Below, one piece after another: positions 46,271 through 55,342 of a DNA stretch of 64,000 nucleotides. The DNA is from Parcubacteria group bacterium Greene0416_36. GTDB taxonomy: Bacteria; Patescibacteriota; Patescibacteriia; VMEV01. The stretch is taken from the NCBI GenBank assembly GCA_007375725.1, contig VMEV01000001.1:15503-79502 (forward strand), given 5' to 3'. Each line of letters begins with the position of its first letter. Position 1 is the first letter of the stretch. The notes beneath the pieces were generated by a model, which had not been told where the DNA came from, made no database searches, and saw nothing but the letters and a program-made list of their open reading frames with translations. Position numbers and translations under genes: made by a program.

Positions 46271-47989
46271 TTATTTAGGCACATGATAATACTCCAATAA
46301 GAATTTGGCAATCTCGCCGAATAATGGCGCGGCCGAAGACCCGGCAAAATCCGACTTTTTGGGTTCATCGATCTTGGTGAGCATCACAAAAAACGGATCG
46401 TCTACCGGACCAAAACCCACAAAAGACTGGATGGTTCCGCCCTCAGAATACCCTTTCTGGGTCTTATCGGAAATCTGCGCGGTCCCGGTTTTCCCGCCCA
46501 GGTAATAACCTTGGACCGAAGCTTGTTTATTTTGTCCTCCGGCGATCACCGTCACAAGCATGCCGCCCAACAGAGCGGCCGTCCGGGGAGAAATCACCTG
46601 CCCCACAAGCTGGGCTTGCCTCTGCCAGACAGTATCGGAACCGCGGACAATCTGCTCCACTACATAGGGACGGAATAATCTTCCTCCATTGGCCACAGCT
46701 CCATACGAAGCCAAGAGCTGGATGGGGGTCACGGTGATGCCCTGTCCGAATGACGCGGTCGCCAAATAAATCTCGCTCTTTCGGTCGAGAGTGGACAGAT
46801 CGCCGCTCGACTCATAGTCCAAATCAATGCCGGTTTTGGCGCCAAAACCGAAATCTTCCAGATATCGGCGAAAAGAATCAAATCCCGCCTGCTTGGCGGC
46901 ATAAATAGCGCCCGTATTGAGAGACTTTTCCAGAACCGTGATCATCGAGACATCCCCTAATGGAACCGGATTCACATTCTTGATAGTGTACGGACCGATT
47001 TCGATCTTTCCTTCATCATTGTAGGTGCTTCCAGGACCGAGAGCATTGCTGTCCAAAGCGGCGGCCATAGTCATGACCTTGAACGTGGACCCGGGTTCAT
47101 AGGAGCCGATAATGGACATATTATTGTAGACTTCCGGATTTCCAACCTTGGAATATTCATTCGGATCAAAGGTCGGATAGTTGCATAGAGCCCATATCGC
47201 CCCATTTTTTGGGTTCATAACAATGACATTGCCTCCTGAGGCCTCCAGCTTTTCCACATATTCTTTCAATTTATTGCAGGCATAAAACTGCAAATTACGG
47301 TCGATGGACAAAACCAAATCCAAAGAATCGGTTTGGCTCACCTCATTTTTGAGTGATGGATTTTTCTGCCACCCCGATTCTTTTTCTATCTTCTCCATAT
47401 TTCCACCTCCCAGCAAGTCATCATAATACCCCTCGACGCCATAGACTCCCCCTTTTTTATCATTGCGATACCCGACAAAGCCTACGATATGAGAAAAAAA
47501 AGATCCCGAAGGATAATAGCGCCATTTCTCTCGGGCTATGCCGATACCGGACATATTTAATTTTTTGATTCGCATAGCCGTCTCTTCCTCCACTCGGGAG
47601 GCAATGGGCTCATAGGGATCATCTGCCTTGATCAATTTGGGCAAAATCGCTGATTCTTCCAGCTTCAATTCCCCAGCCAAGACTTTTGTGGAAATTTCAG
47701 GACTGGTCACAAGAGATGGAACAGCATATACCACATAGAGATCTTTATTCACCGCGACCGGAAACAAAGAACTGTCCGCATTTTTGTCGTTCAGATAAAT
47801 ATTGCCGCGCTTCGAAATACCCAAAGACCGGCCCTCGGCTTTTTCGTCGGCCTGATTGGCATAAATGGAATAATAAAAAAATTGCAGCGAAAATAGGCGC
47901 CACAATATGAAACCCACCCCCGCCACAACCCCCGCACCCACCCAAAAAAAACGGTTTGGGATTGCCAATGACATAAGTGAGAGGATCAT
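46271..47989 (-). CDS. ftsI: Class B penicillin-binding protein (FtsI/PBP2)
   Basis: YEPGSTFK, SLN, GKTGTAQ. Confidence 0.93.
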   Translation of the reverse strand: MILSLMSLAIPNRFFWVGAGVVAGVGFILWRLFSLQFFYYSIYANQADEKAEGRSLGISKRGNIYLNDKNADSSLFPVAVNKDLYVVYAVPSLVTSPEISTKVLAGELKLEESAILPKLIKADDPYEPIASRVEEETAMRIKKLNMSGIGIAREKWRYYPSGSFFSHIVGFVGYRNDKKGGVYGVEGYYDDLLGGGNMEKIEKESGWQKNPSLKNEVSQTDSLDLVLSIDRNLQFYACNKLKEYVEKLEASGGNVIVMNPKNGAIWALCNYPTFDPNEYSKVGNPEVYNNMSIIGSYEPGSTFKVMTMAAALDSNALGPGSTYNDEGKIEIGPYTIKNVNPVPLGDVSMITVLEKSLNTGAIYAAKQAGFDSFRRYLEDFGFGAKTGIDLDYESSGDLSTLDRKSEIYLATASFGQGITVTPIQLLASYGAVANGGRLFRPYVVEQIVRGSDTVWQRQAQLVGQVISPRTAALLGGMLVTVIAGGQNKQASVQGYYLGGKTGTAQISDKTQKGYSEGGTIQSFVGFGPVDDPFFVMLTKIDEPKKSDFAGSSAAPLFGEIAKFLLEYYHVPK

Positions 47990-48351
47990 TAACGCTTAGC
48001 AACAGCCTCGGCGGTTCCGACATATTGAATATCGGCAGTTTTTTGCATCTCCAATCCCTCTACCGCGGTTTCCACTTTTTCAATTTGGCGGAGTTCAGCT
48101 TCCGCCAAAACCAAATCATTATAAGACTCTTTTAGTTTGGTGAGCTCGGTCTTTTGTTCATCCAGCCGATAACCCCAAACACTGACCCAGTTGACTTCAA
48201 TGATATACACCACCACTAACATAACACTGGATAAAACCAATAGTCCCCCAAATGACCGAGTCAAACCCGACAATGAAAATGTATTTTTTTTATTTTTTGT
48301 TTTCACAAGCGCGTCCAAATTTCCAGAACGCGTTCGGTAAGTTTGGTTCAT
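47989..48351 (-). CDS. FtsL-like cell division protein
   Basis: Single TM plus coiled coil, between rsmH and ftsI. Confidence 0.7.
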   Translation of the reverse strand: MNQTYRTRSGNLDALVKTKNKKNTFSLSGLTRSFGGLLVLSSVMLVVVYIIEVNWVSVWGYRLDEQKTELTKLKESYNDLVLAEAELRQIEKVETAVEGLEMQKTADIQYVGTAEAVAKR

Positions 48352-48357
48352 AGTTTT

Positions 48358-49314
48358 TTATATTCTCTCCGCTGCTCTTAATTTCGCGCTTCTCGACCGC
48401 CGATTAATATCCACTTCTTCGCCGGTCGGAACCACAGGTTTCTTCGTGATGATTTCTAGATTTTTTCTCTGCCCGCACCGGCATATAGGGAATCTCGGGG
48501 GGCAGACGCAGGATACCGAATGTTTTTTAAAAAAATTTTTGACGATTCTATCTTCCAAAGAATGGAAAGATATCACCACCAGTCTCCCCCCCACGGCCAA
48601 TAAATCAATGGACGCTTCCAGCACGCGTTCGAGATTGTCCAGTTCGCCATTCACCTCGATGCGAATGGCCTGAAAAATACGAGTGGCCGGATGAATACGC
48701 GACCCCTTTCTCCCTCCGACCGTGCGCTCCACCAAGGCAGAAAGCTCCAGGGCCGTGTCGATCGGCTTTTCCTTACGGTATTCGACTATGGCCTTGGCAA
48801 TTACGAAAGCTTTTCTTTCTTCGCCGAAAGAGCGAAAAATCCGAGAGAGCTCATCCACTTTGTAAAAATTAACCACATCCCAAGCCGAGAGAGGCCGGGT
48901 GCGATCGCCCCGCATGTCCAGCTTTGAATCGCTTTGGAAAGAAAAACCGCGAGTCCGGTCATCCATCTGCAAAGAGGAAAATCCCAGATCCAATAAAATA
49001 CCATCCACGGGTATGGGAAAGTTTGTAGCAGAGGCCAATTTAGCCACATGGCTGAAATTCCCCCACACAGGAACGAAAGACTCTCCATATTTTCCAAAAG
49101 AACCCGACATTTTTTCCAAATTTTCACGGTCCCAATCGATTGCCAAAAGTTTTCCTCCCGGACCAATGGCCTCCAAAATAGAGCGTGAATGACCTCCTCC
49201 TCCGAAGGTCGCATCAATGATTTTTTTCCCTGGAGATAAATTCAAAAGATGAATTGATTCTTCCAGAAGAACACTCTTGTGAACCAGATTTTTTCCATCT
49301 GTTTTTTCATCCAT
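48358..49314 (-). CDS. rsmH: 16S rRNA m4C1402 methyltransferase
   Basis: HKSVLL, DATFGGGGHS, DLGFSS.Q, FHSLEDR, RSRSAKLR. Confidence 0.98.
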   Translation of the reverse strand: MDEKTDGKNLVHKSVLLEESIHLLNLSPGKKIIDATFGGGGHSRSILEAIGPGGKLLAIDWDRENLEKMSGSFGKYGESFVPVWGNFSHVAKLASATNFPIPVDGILLDLGFSSLQMDDRTRGFSFQSDSKLDMRGDRTRPLSAWDVVNFYKVDELSRIFRSFGEERKAFVIAKAIVEYRKEKPIDTALELSALVERTVGGRKGSRIHPATRIFQAIRIEVNGELDNLERVLEASIDLLAVGGRLVVISFHSLEDRIVKNFFKKHSVSCVCPPRFPICRCGQRKNLEIITKKPVVPTGEEVDINRRSRSAKLRAAERI

Positions 49315-49323
49315 ATCAAAAGT

Positions 49324-49764
49324 CTAAATTGCCGTCCCCGAAAAATCCCCCAACTTTTCCGCAATACTAGAGCTGGAAGACTCATTGTCCGACTGATATC
49401 GGGTCCAAGCCTCCTCATTCCAAATTTCCACTTTATTATATAAACCCACCACCACGGTTTTCTTGCTGATTTTGGCGAATACGCGTAAATACTCGGGAAT
49501 CACGATTCTTCCCGCGCGGTCCATCCCCACATCCATCGCCCCGGAGAGCACAAAACGACTAAATGCCCGGCCATCGCTTTTGTTGATCGGCAGGGTCGCA
49601 AGTTTCTGGGCCAAGGTTTTCCATTCATCCAGAGCGTAGAGAGTGAGGCATCCATCCAGTCCCCGGGTCACCACCGCTCCGCGCCCCAAGGACTCTCTGA
49701 ATTTCACCGGCAATGACAATCGCCCCTTATCATCCAAAGAATAAAAATATTGTCCGATAAACAT
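49324..49764 (-). CDS. mraZ: Division/cell wall cluster regulator MraZ
   Basis: LDDKGRLSLP, DRAGRIVIP, VEIW. Confidence 0.97.
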   Translation of the reverse strand: MFIGQYFYSLDDKGRLSLPVKFRESLGRGAVVTRGLDGCLTLYALDEWKTLAQKLATLPINKSDGRAFSRFVLSGAMDVGMDRAGRIVIPEYLRVFAKISKKTVVVGLYNKVEIWNEEAWTRYQSDNESSSSSIAEKLGDFSGTAI

Positions 49765-49787
49765 AATTTTTTCCTACTACCGCCTTG

Positions 49788-49825
49788 AAAAGGTAGGAGC
49801 ACAGCGCGCTGTGCCCCTACCTTTT
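49788..49825. repeat. GTAG-type REP in the mraZ leader
   Basis: aaaagGTAGGAGCACAGCGCGCTGTGCCCCTACctttt. Confidence 0.8.
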
Positions 49826-49868
49826 AGCATCCGTCGGGCGTGATATCACGACAAGCATGGAAGTGATT

Positions 49869-49913
49869 CCACTTTTTCCCACTTTTAACCACTACAAGCC
49901 CAAGATACACCAC
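49869..49913 (-). promoter_or_regulatory. MraZ-binding GTGG boxes
   Basis: CCAC at 49869, 49879, 49889 and 49910 (10-bp period) upstream of mraZ. Confidence 0.8.
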
Positions 49914-49961
49914 ACCGACCCAAACATCAATATTATTCCTGTGCATAAGTCATTTTTTTAA

Positions 49962-50011
49962 GAAAAATAAATGTAGGGGCGTTGCATGCAACGCCCCTAC
50001 ATTTATTTTTC
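49962..50011. repeat. GTAG-type REP, near-perfect palindrome with palindromic flanks
   Basis: aaaaataaatGTAGGGGCGTTGCA|TGCAACGCCCCTACatttattttt. Confidence 0.85.
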
Positions 50012-50019
50012 GTGATTGA

Positions 50020-50667
50020 TTATGCTTGCGTATCCGCCACCACATCCCTTATCCGATCCCATACCACAATCTTTCTGGCATTGAGAATAGAATCGAGAAA
50101 TTTGTCTCCAATGCCTTGGCGATAGCGGAATTCGTCGGGAGAAAAAATGGAAAATCGGATGGAACGGCCCAGCTTGGCTTCATATTCTGCCAAAAGACTC
50201 CGAATATCCGTTCTCGACTGATCCATGACCAATAGAATATCCACGGGGCTCTCGGCATCCGTAAAAAAACCGGTCGCGGCAAAATAATCAATGCCGCCCA
50301 AGGCTAGAATTTTGGTAAAGTATTGCTCGCGAAAGAAGAACTGGGACTTAAGAAAAAGCCCTTGCAGTTCAGGATAAAGACGAAAGGCCTTGGCTACCTG
50401 GAAATATCTTTTTTCCTGAATTCCGACAGCCCCCCCACCTTCGTCCCCCTTTAGGGATTCCGACTCTTCCAAAATGCCCACCTGCACAAGGTTAAGAAGT
50501 TCCCTTCGGACCGCGTGAATTTGGATATCTGCCATTCGAGTCAATTCGCGCACATAAAAAAATTTGTCAGGATGAGTGAAAAAAATATAAAGTAGAACGA
50601 ATCGAGTCCTAGACCCGAACAAATTTTCCAAAAGTAAATCTTGTTTCCAATCCGAACTATAATCCAT
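50020..50667 (-). CDS. Winged-HTH plus degenerate nucleotidyltransferase-like conserved protein
   Basis: LFGSRTR..LL..FF, FYVRELTR......AVRREL.NL, VDILLV, EFRYR...DKFL. Confidence 0.75.
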   Translation of the reverse strand: MDYSSDWKQDLLLENLFGSRTRFVLLYIFFTHPDKFFYVRELTRMADIQIHAVRRELLNLVQVGILEESESLKGDEGGGAVGIQEKRYFQVAKAFRLYPELQGLFLKSQFFFREQYFTKILALGGIDYFAATGFFTDAESPVDILLVMDQSRTDIRSLLAEYEAKLGRSIRFSIFSPDEFRYRQGIGDKFLDSILNARKIVVWDRIRDVVADTQA

Positions 50668-50728
50668 AAATTCATTTACTTATCAAATTGGACATAATAT
50701 AATATTTTCGTATCAGTCTGTAAAGCTT

Positions 50729-52864
50729 ATGCAACATAAGATCGTTCAATGCGAAAAATTCGTACAAAATTCTCCAGGCCGGCACAATTATATGTCTGTC
50801 TTTTCAGCCTCCTCCGGAGAAGATTCTTCCGTCTTGGCTTTGATTGTCGAAGCCAGAAAACAAAACCCGTCGGAGCATGGAATCGAATTCGAGAGTCTTT
50901 TTAAGACCCTCCAATATTATTATTGGCATATCCATAACGATCCCCAAAAAAAACCAGAGGATAATTTCGAACAATCCCTCAAAAGCCTTAACAATGAAAT
51001 ACTCCGGATGATCCAAGAGCGAAAACTCATTATCCGCCTCTCGGCCATTCAAATGCTTGTCATGCTCATCAAGCCATCCCGCGAATCCAATAAATATTGG
51101 GATATTTATATGTCCTCTTACGGGAATCTCCGAGCATACCTCATTCATCAGCTGCCGCTGGAAACTTATAAAATGATCTCCATTCCACTGGACGGCGTGG
51201 CCCTGACAGATAACCGATTTGCGCCGCTCTTCGCCAATATCATATCTGGAAAATTGCAGGAAAAAGACACATTACTCATGGGAGGGGATGCCATACTCGA
51301 ATATATGAATGAAGAAGAACTCACGGGAGTCCTTTCCTCTCTGCCTCCGTCAGGCGTTGCCAATTATATTCGAACCCAGCTCCAAAAATACAATCAAACA
51401 TTCGGATCGTTAATTTGTAAAATTGGAGAGATTCCCAGTCCCTCCCGTTTTGAGTACGCGCACCAAAATCCAGATACCCAAAGCCAAGAATCCCTTGAAA
51501 ATCTAGTGCTCACCGAAAAAAGAACGGCTCAAATACTCTCCCCGCTCGCCTCAGAAACCGACAATAAATTCGTGCGAACATTGGGGAAAAGCCTCCTCTA
51601 TTTGCGTCATGGAGCCAGCCTTGCGGCTCAATTTGTCAAAACGCGATTTGGCAGTCTTTTCGCTAAAACCGACCCGCAGATATTGCCAGAGAAGCCCCAG
51701 ACCCAGCTTGGCCGAATACAAAATATCACCATGAATATTATCGGCTTTATCTTCAATCTGATCACATCATTCTCCTCCAAAAGTTTTCGGCTCTTGGGCA
51801 TCACCTTGATTCTGTTCACCTTAACCTATGGTTCCATAGTCTGGATCAAAAATAAAAAAATATCCGTGGAAGCCGAACATGCCTATACTCGAATAACCCA
51901 AGAGACCCAGGAAACAAAAAATCAGATTGAAGCCGCGCTGATCTATGGACAAGAATCAAAGGCCAGAGAACTGTTGGAAACCCTAAAAAATAAAATATCC
52001 TCTATAAATCCCAGCGACGACCAAACCAAACAAGAATTTTTCTCTGGCGCCCGCGGAGATATTGCCAAATTCCAAGATATCCTCAATCATAATAACCGAC
52101 TGACTCTCGGCGAAATCTGGATGAACATCTCCTCCACCTTGGGAGATAAAAAAACGATAGCCTGGGCATCCACCCAGACCCACCTCCACGCCGTTCTAGA
52201 CACGGGAGTTATTTATAAAATAGACATCAAGAACAAAGATATATTGGAACTCGAAGAATTTCAGGGCAAAAACGCGGCACTGGCCATAGGAAACACTCAG
52301 CAAATCTTGATTTTGGACACTGGCGGCAATTGGCATCTTTTGGAAAAAGATAATAGCTTCTCCGCACTCAAATCTAATATTCCTAACCCGGAATCTATCA
52401 GCGACGGTGTTTTCTATAATAAAAAGCTTTATCTCCTCGACCGCGCCCATAGCCAAATTTATAAAGCGAGAATCGATGGCAGTAGCTTGGTTTTAGAAAA
52501 AAAATGGCTTGAAGATAATACCGATCTCTCCCAAGTAAAAACGATAGCCGTAGACGGACGGGTTCTTGCATCGAACTCTTCCGGAAATATCAAGATCTTT
52601 TTTAGCGGTAAATTGTCGGCAGACGTGATCACTCTTGACCGACCCAATCCGGAACTGGGCTCGATCACCCAACTCTATACCCAGCTAGATTTCCCGCACA
52701 TTATCGCCCAAGACAAAAGTCGAGTCCTCATCTGGAGCTCCCAGGGTCAGCTGGAAGGCCAATTCGCCAAGGAAGACCTCTCCCCTCTGGACGGATTTTC
52801 CGTGGTCGGACAAGATCTCTACATCGCCGGAGGAGGGATGATTTGGAAAGAGGAGTTGAAGTAA
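50729..52864 (+). CDS. Large single-pass membrane protein (PP2C-like N-domain, coiled coil, beta-propeller-like C-domain)
   Basis: GNLRAYL, F.NIISGKL..KD.LL; TM near residue 360; YNKKLYLLD, IAVDG. Confidence 0.7.
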   Translation: MQHKIVQCEKFVQNSPGRHNYMSVFSASSGEDSSVLALIVEARKQNPSEHGIEFESLFKTLQYYYWHIHNDPQKKPEDNFEQSLKSLNNEILRMIQERKLIIRLSAIQMLVMLIKPSRESNKYWDIYMSSYGNLRAYLIHQLPLETYKMISIPLDGVALTDNRFAPLFANIISGKLQEKDTLLMGGDAILEYMNEEELTGVLSSLPPSGVANYIRTQLQKYNQTFGSLICKIGEIPSPSRFEYAHQNPDTQSQESLENLVLTEKRTAQILSPLASETDNKFVRTLGKSLLYLRHGASLAAQFVKTRFGSLFAKTDPQILPEKPQTQLGRIQNITMNIIGFIFNLITSFSSKSFRLLGITLILFTLTYGSIVWIKNKKISVEAEHAYTRITQETQETKNQIEAALIYGQESKARELLETLKNKISSINPSDDQTKQEFFSGARGDIAKFQDILNHNNRLTLGEIWMNISSTLGDKKTIAWASTQTHLHAVLDTGVIYKIDIKNKDILELEEFQGKNAALAIGNTQQILILDTGGNWHLLEKDNSFSALKSNIPNPESISDGVFYNKKLYLLDRAHSQIYKARIDGSSLVLEKKWLEDNTDLSQVKTIAVDGRVLASNSSGNIKIFFSGKLSADVITLDRPNPELGSITQLYTQLDFPHIIAQDKSRVLIWSSQGQLEGQFAKEDLSPLDGFSVVGQDLYIAGGGMIWKEELK

Positions 52865-52867
52865 TAG

Positions 52868-52924
52868 CAACAAACCCATCCCCGGCCCTCCCCTTAACAA
52901 GGGAGGGTTAGGGAGGGGTTTATT
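52868..52924. repeat. Short variant of the CAACAAA-terminated hairpin element between convergent genes
   Basis: caacaaacccatccccggccctccccttaacaagggagggttagggaggggtttatt; relatives at 17499-17540 and 40436-40477. Confidence 0.75.
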
Positions 52925-53882
52925 TTGGAATCTGAGGGCAATTAAACAAGAATTTCGTTTCTTCCAAACCGTTGACGCCTTTTTTAAAATTCACGTGGCG
53001 GCCGATATCAGATACCAGCTGATCGAAAGATTTCCAGGCCTTAACGGATAATTGAGGGTCCGAAAGAGTCGGATAAGTATTTTTGACATGAATAAAAGAA
53101 AGCTTCCAAATAGGCGTATACGAAGGATGACTGCGTTCAAAACTGGCCACATTAACAGAATCCCGCAAATCAGTATCTCCACTCATATCCTTGGACCACA
53201 TCTTTTCAAACAGGCTTTCCTTATCCCCATCCCTCCAGACAGACACAACCGGCATGGTATCTATTTTCTTTACTTCCGAAACTGCCAGACTGGTTTCAAA
53301 TTGAAGCGCAGTGGCGCGTTTTTTATTGTAATAGATATCTATTTTTCTCGGGAAATTGCCGTCATGATCTTGAATTTTCACGTCGCGGCTCACGATAGGC
53401 ATATTGACCCCCATGCCGGAAAAAGTGACCGAGAACACTTTGTCTTTTTCAGCCTCCAAAATAGTATGGATGGATTTCACCGAGTTGGGCACATAACGCC
53501 GCGGAACATGAACATGAAAAATCTCCCACATTTCCCCATAAGCAGGATCTCCCGGCTTAATATAAACAATAGGCATTTGATCTTCTATCACGCGGCCATC
53601 CGGATCCATAAAATAATAGAGGGCATTGATGTAAGGATTTGGAACTTGTGGGATAAAGTAGCACGACCGCTCCGCTCCGCCCGCGTAATAATCAACAAGA
53701 TCAATATTGCGGGGATACAAATCCGCATTGCTGTCGTCCAAAATACCCTCCTCGACATCCGAATATTTAGCCAAAACAGCATCTTCCCGCTGGAGAGTCC
53801 GGAAATGATACAAACCTATTCCCAATGCTGCCAATACACAAATACTCAAAATATAAAACCGTTTTTCCATTAAATTCTCCAT
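52920..53882 (-). CDS. Membrane-anchored hypothetical protein with an internal duplicated motif
   Basis: PAYGEMWEIFHVHV and PSYTPIWKLSFIHV; N-terminal TM. Confidence 0.7.
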   Translation of the reverse strand: MENLMEKRFYILSICVLAALGIGLYHFRTLQREDAVLAKYSDVEEGILDDSNADLYPRNIDLVDYYAGGAERSCYFIPQVPNPYINALYYFMDPDGRVIEDQMPIVYIKPGDPAYGEMWEIFHVHVPRRYVPNSVKSIHTILEAEKDKVFSVTFSGMGVNMPIVSRDVKIQDHDGNFPRKIDIYYNKKRATALQFETSLAVSEVKKIDTMPVVSVWRDGDKESLFEKMWSKDMSGDTDLRDSVNVASFERSHPSYTPIWKLSFIHVKNTYPTLSDPQLSVKAWKSFDQLVSDIGRHVNFKKGVNGLEETKFLFNCPQIPK

Positions 53883-53972
53883 ATAAATCAAAAAAATGAT
53901 TGCGTGAGTTTAGTGGATTTACTTTACCAAAAAGAAAAAATTTTACCAGAAGAAATAAGAGATGGGGTTATA

Positions 53973-55328
53973 TTAGCCTTTTTTTCCTCTAAAAAATTCA
54001 TCGATATAGGGCAAAATCTCTTCTTGAGTGTCAACCAAGTAAAATAAATCCAGATCCTTTGATTCAATACAGTGGTTTTGGTCCAAAATGATTTTTTTAA
54101 TGAATTGAAGAAGCGGCTGCCAAAATTTTTTTCCCACCAAAAAGATAGGTACCGGCTCCATTTTTTTGGTTTGTACAAGAGTGGCCAAATCAAAAAAATC
54201 ACCCAAAGTACCATACCCTCCCGGAAAAAAAACATAGGACTGTGCGCACATCGTCAAAATGACCTTGCGCGTGAAGTAGTAATGGAAGGTAATGCCTCGG
54301 TTGACAAAGGGGTTCATTTTCTCAGTCGGAGACATTTTGTCCAGACCCACAGAAATTGCCCCGCTCTCTTTGGCCCCCCGGTTGGCGGCTTCCATAATTC
54401 CGCCGCCGCCAGGAGTCACCACGGTCATACCCCGCTTGCCGAGCGACAAGCCCAGGCGATAAGCCTCTTTGTAATAAATTGTCTTCTCGCTGGACTGGCC
54501 GGAACCGAAAACGCCCACCACGCGGTCCAGCTTGGAAATAAACTGGAACCCTTGCACAAATTCGGCCATGATGCGGAAAATACGCCAGTTAGCATTTTCT
54601 CTGAAAGAAAAAATTCTATCGCCAGCCAAGGAATCCATATATTCCCGCTCTCGTGTTTTTTTCACAATCGCGACCGCGCGATCGACACTGGGAACTAGAT
54701 AAATATGACTCCAGTCTTCCTTGGAAATAGCGCCCAATTGCTCACAGACTGACTCTTTCAAGAACGAGAGCAAGGGCTCCCAAAATTCCAGCCCCACCAG
54801 AATAATAGGGACATTTTCGATCACGCCCAATTTGATCAAAGTGAGCATTTCAAACAGCTCATCCAAGGTGCCGAAACCTCCTGGAAAAAAGACATAAGCC
54901 TGGGATGAAATGCTCAGCATCACCTTTCTCGTGAAAAAATAATGAAAGGCAATAGCTTTATTCACGTAAGGATTGATTCTCTGCTCAAAGGGCAGCTGAA
55001 TATTGAGCCCTACGGACAAAGCGCCGGCTTCAAACGCGCCGCGATTGGACGCTTCCATGATTCCCGGGCCGCCTCCGGTAATGACGGAATATTTGGCCTT
55101 CCCTGCCTTGAATCCAAATTCTCGGGCCAACTGATAATAGGGATGATCTTCCTTAAAACGGGCCGATCCAAAAACACTGATTTCATGGTGGATATCTGCC
55201 AAAAATTCAAAGCCTTCCACAAACTCGGCCATGATCATGAAAATCTGCCAATTCGCATTGGCCGCAAAATCAAACTTCTTATGAGAATCCAAAAGCATTT
55301 GATTGTAATTCAAGCTGTCCGATATCAT
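53973..55328 (-). CDS. LOG family (TIGR00730-like) protein with two tandem domains
   Basis: Twice: W.IF.IMAEFV.GF, VFGS, GG.GIMEA.NRGA, FHY.FTRKV, FPGG.GTL. Confidence 0.92.
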   Translation of the reverse strand: MISDSLNYNQMLLDSHKKFDFAANANWQIFMIMAEFVEGFEFLADIHHEISVFGSARFKEDHPYYQLAREFGFKAGKAKYSVITGGGPGIMEASNRGAFEAGALSVGLNIQLPFEQRINPYVNKAIAFHYFFTRKVMLSISSQAYVFFPGGFGTLDELFEMLTLIKLGVIENVPIILVGLEFWEPLLSFLKESVCEQLGAISKEDWSHIYLVPSVDRAVAIVKKTREREYMDSLAGDRIFSFRENANWRIFRIMAEFVQGFQFISKLDRVVGVFGSGQSSEKTIYYKEAYRLGLSLGKRGMTVVTPGGGGIMEAANRGAKESGAISVGLDKMSPTEKMNPFVNRGITFHYYFTRKVILTMCAQSYVFFPGGYGTLGDFFDLATLVQTKKMEPVPIFLVGKKFWQPLLQFIKKIILDQNHCIESKDLDLFYLVDTQEEILPYIDEFFRGKKG

Positions 55329-55342
55329 ATCTTTGGAATACT

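Noticed and set aside
53052-53873. 273-aa plus-strand ORF, and similar shadows at 34872-35519, 54072-54698, 59055-59672 and 62762-63427
   Set aside because: Entirely antisense to better-supported genes
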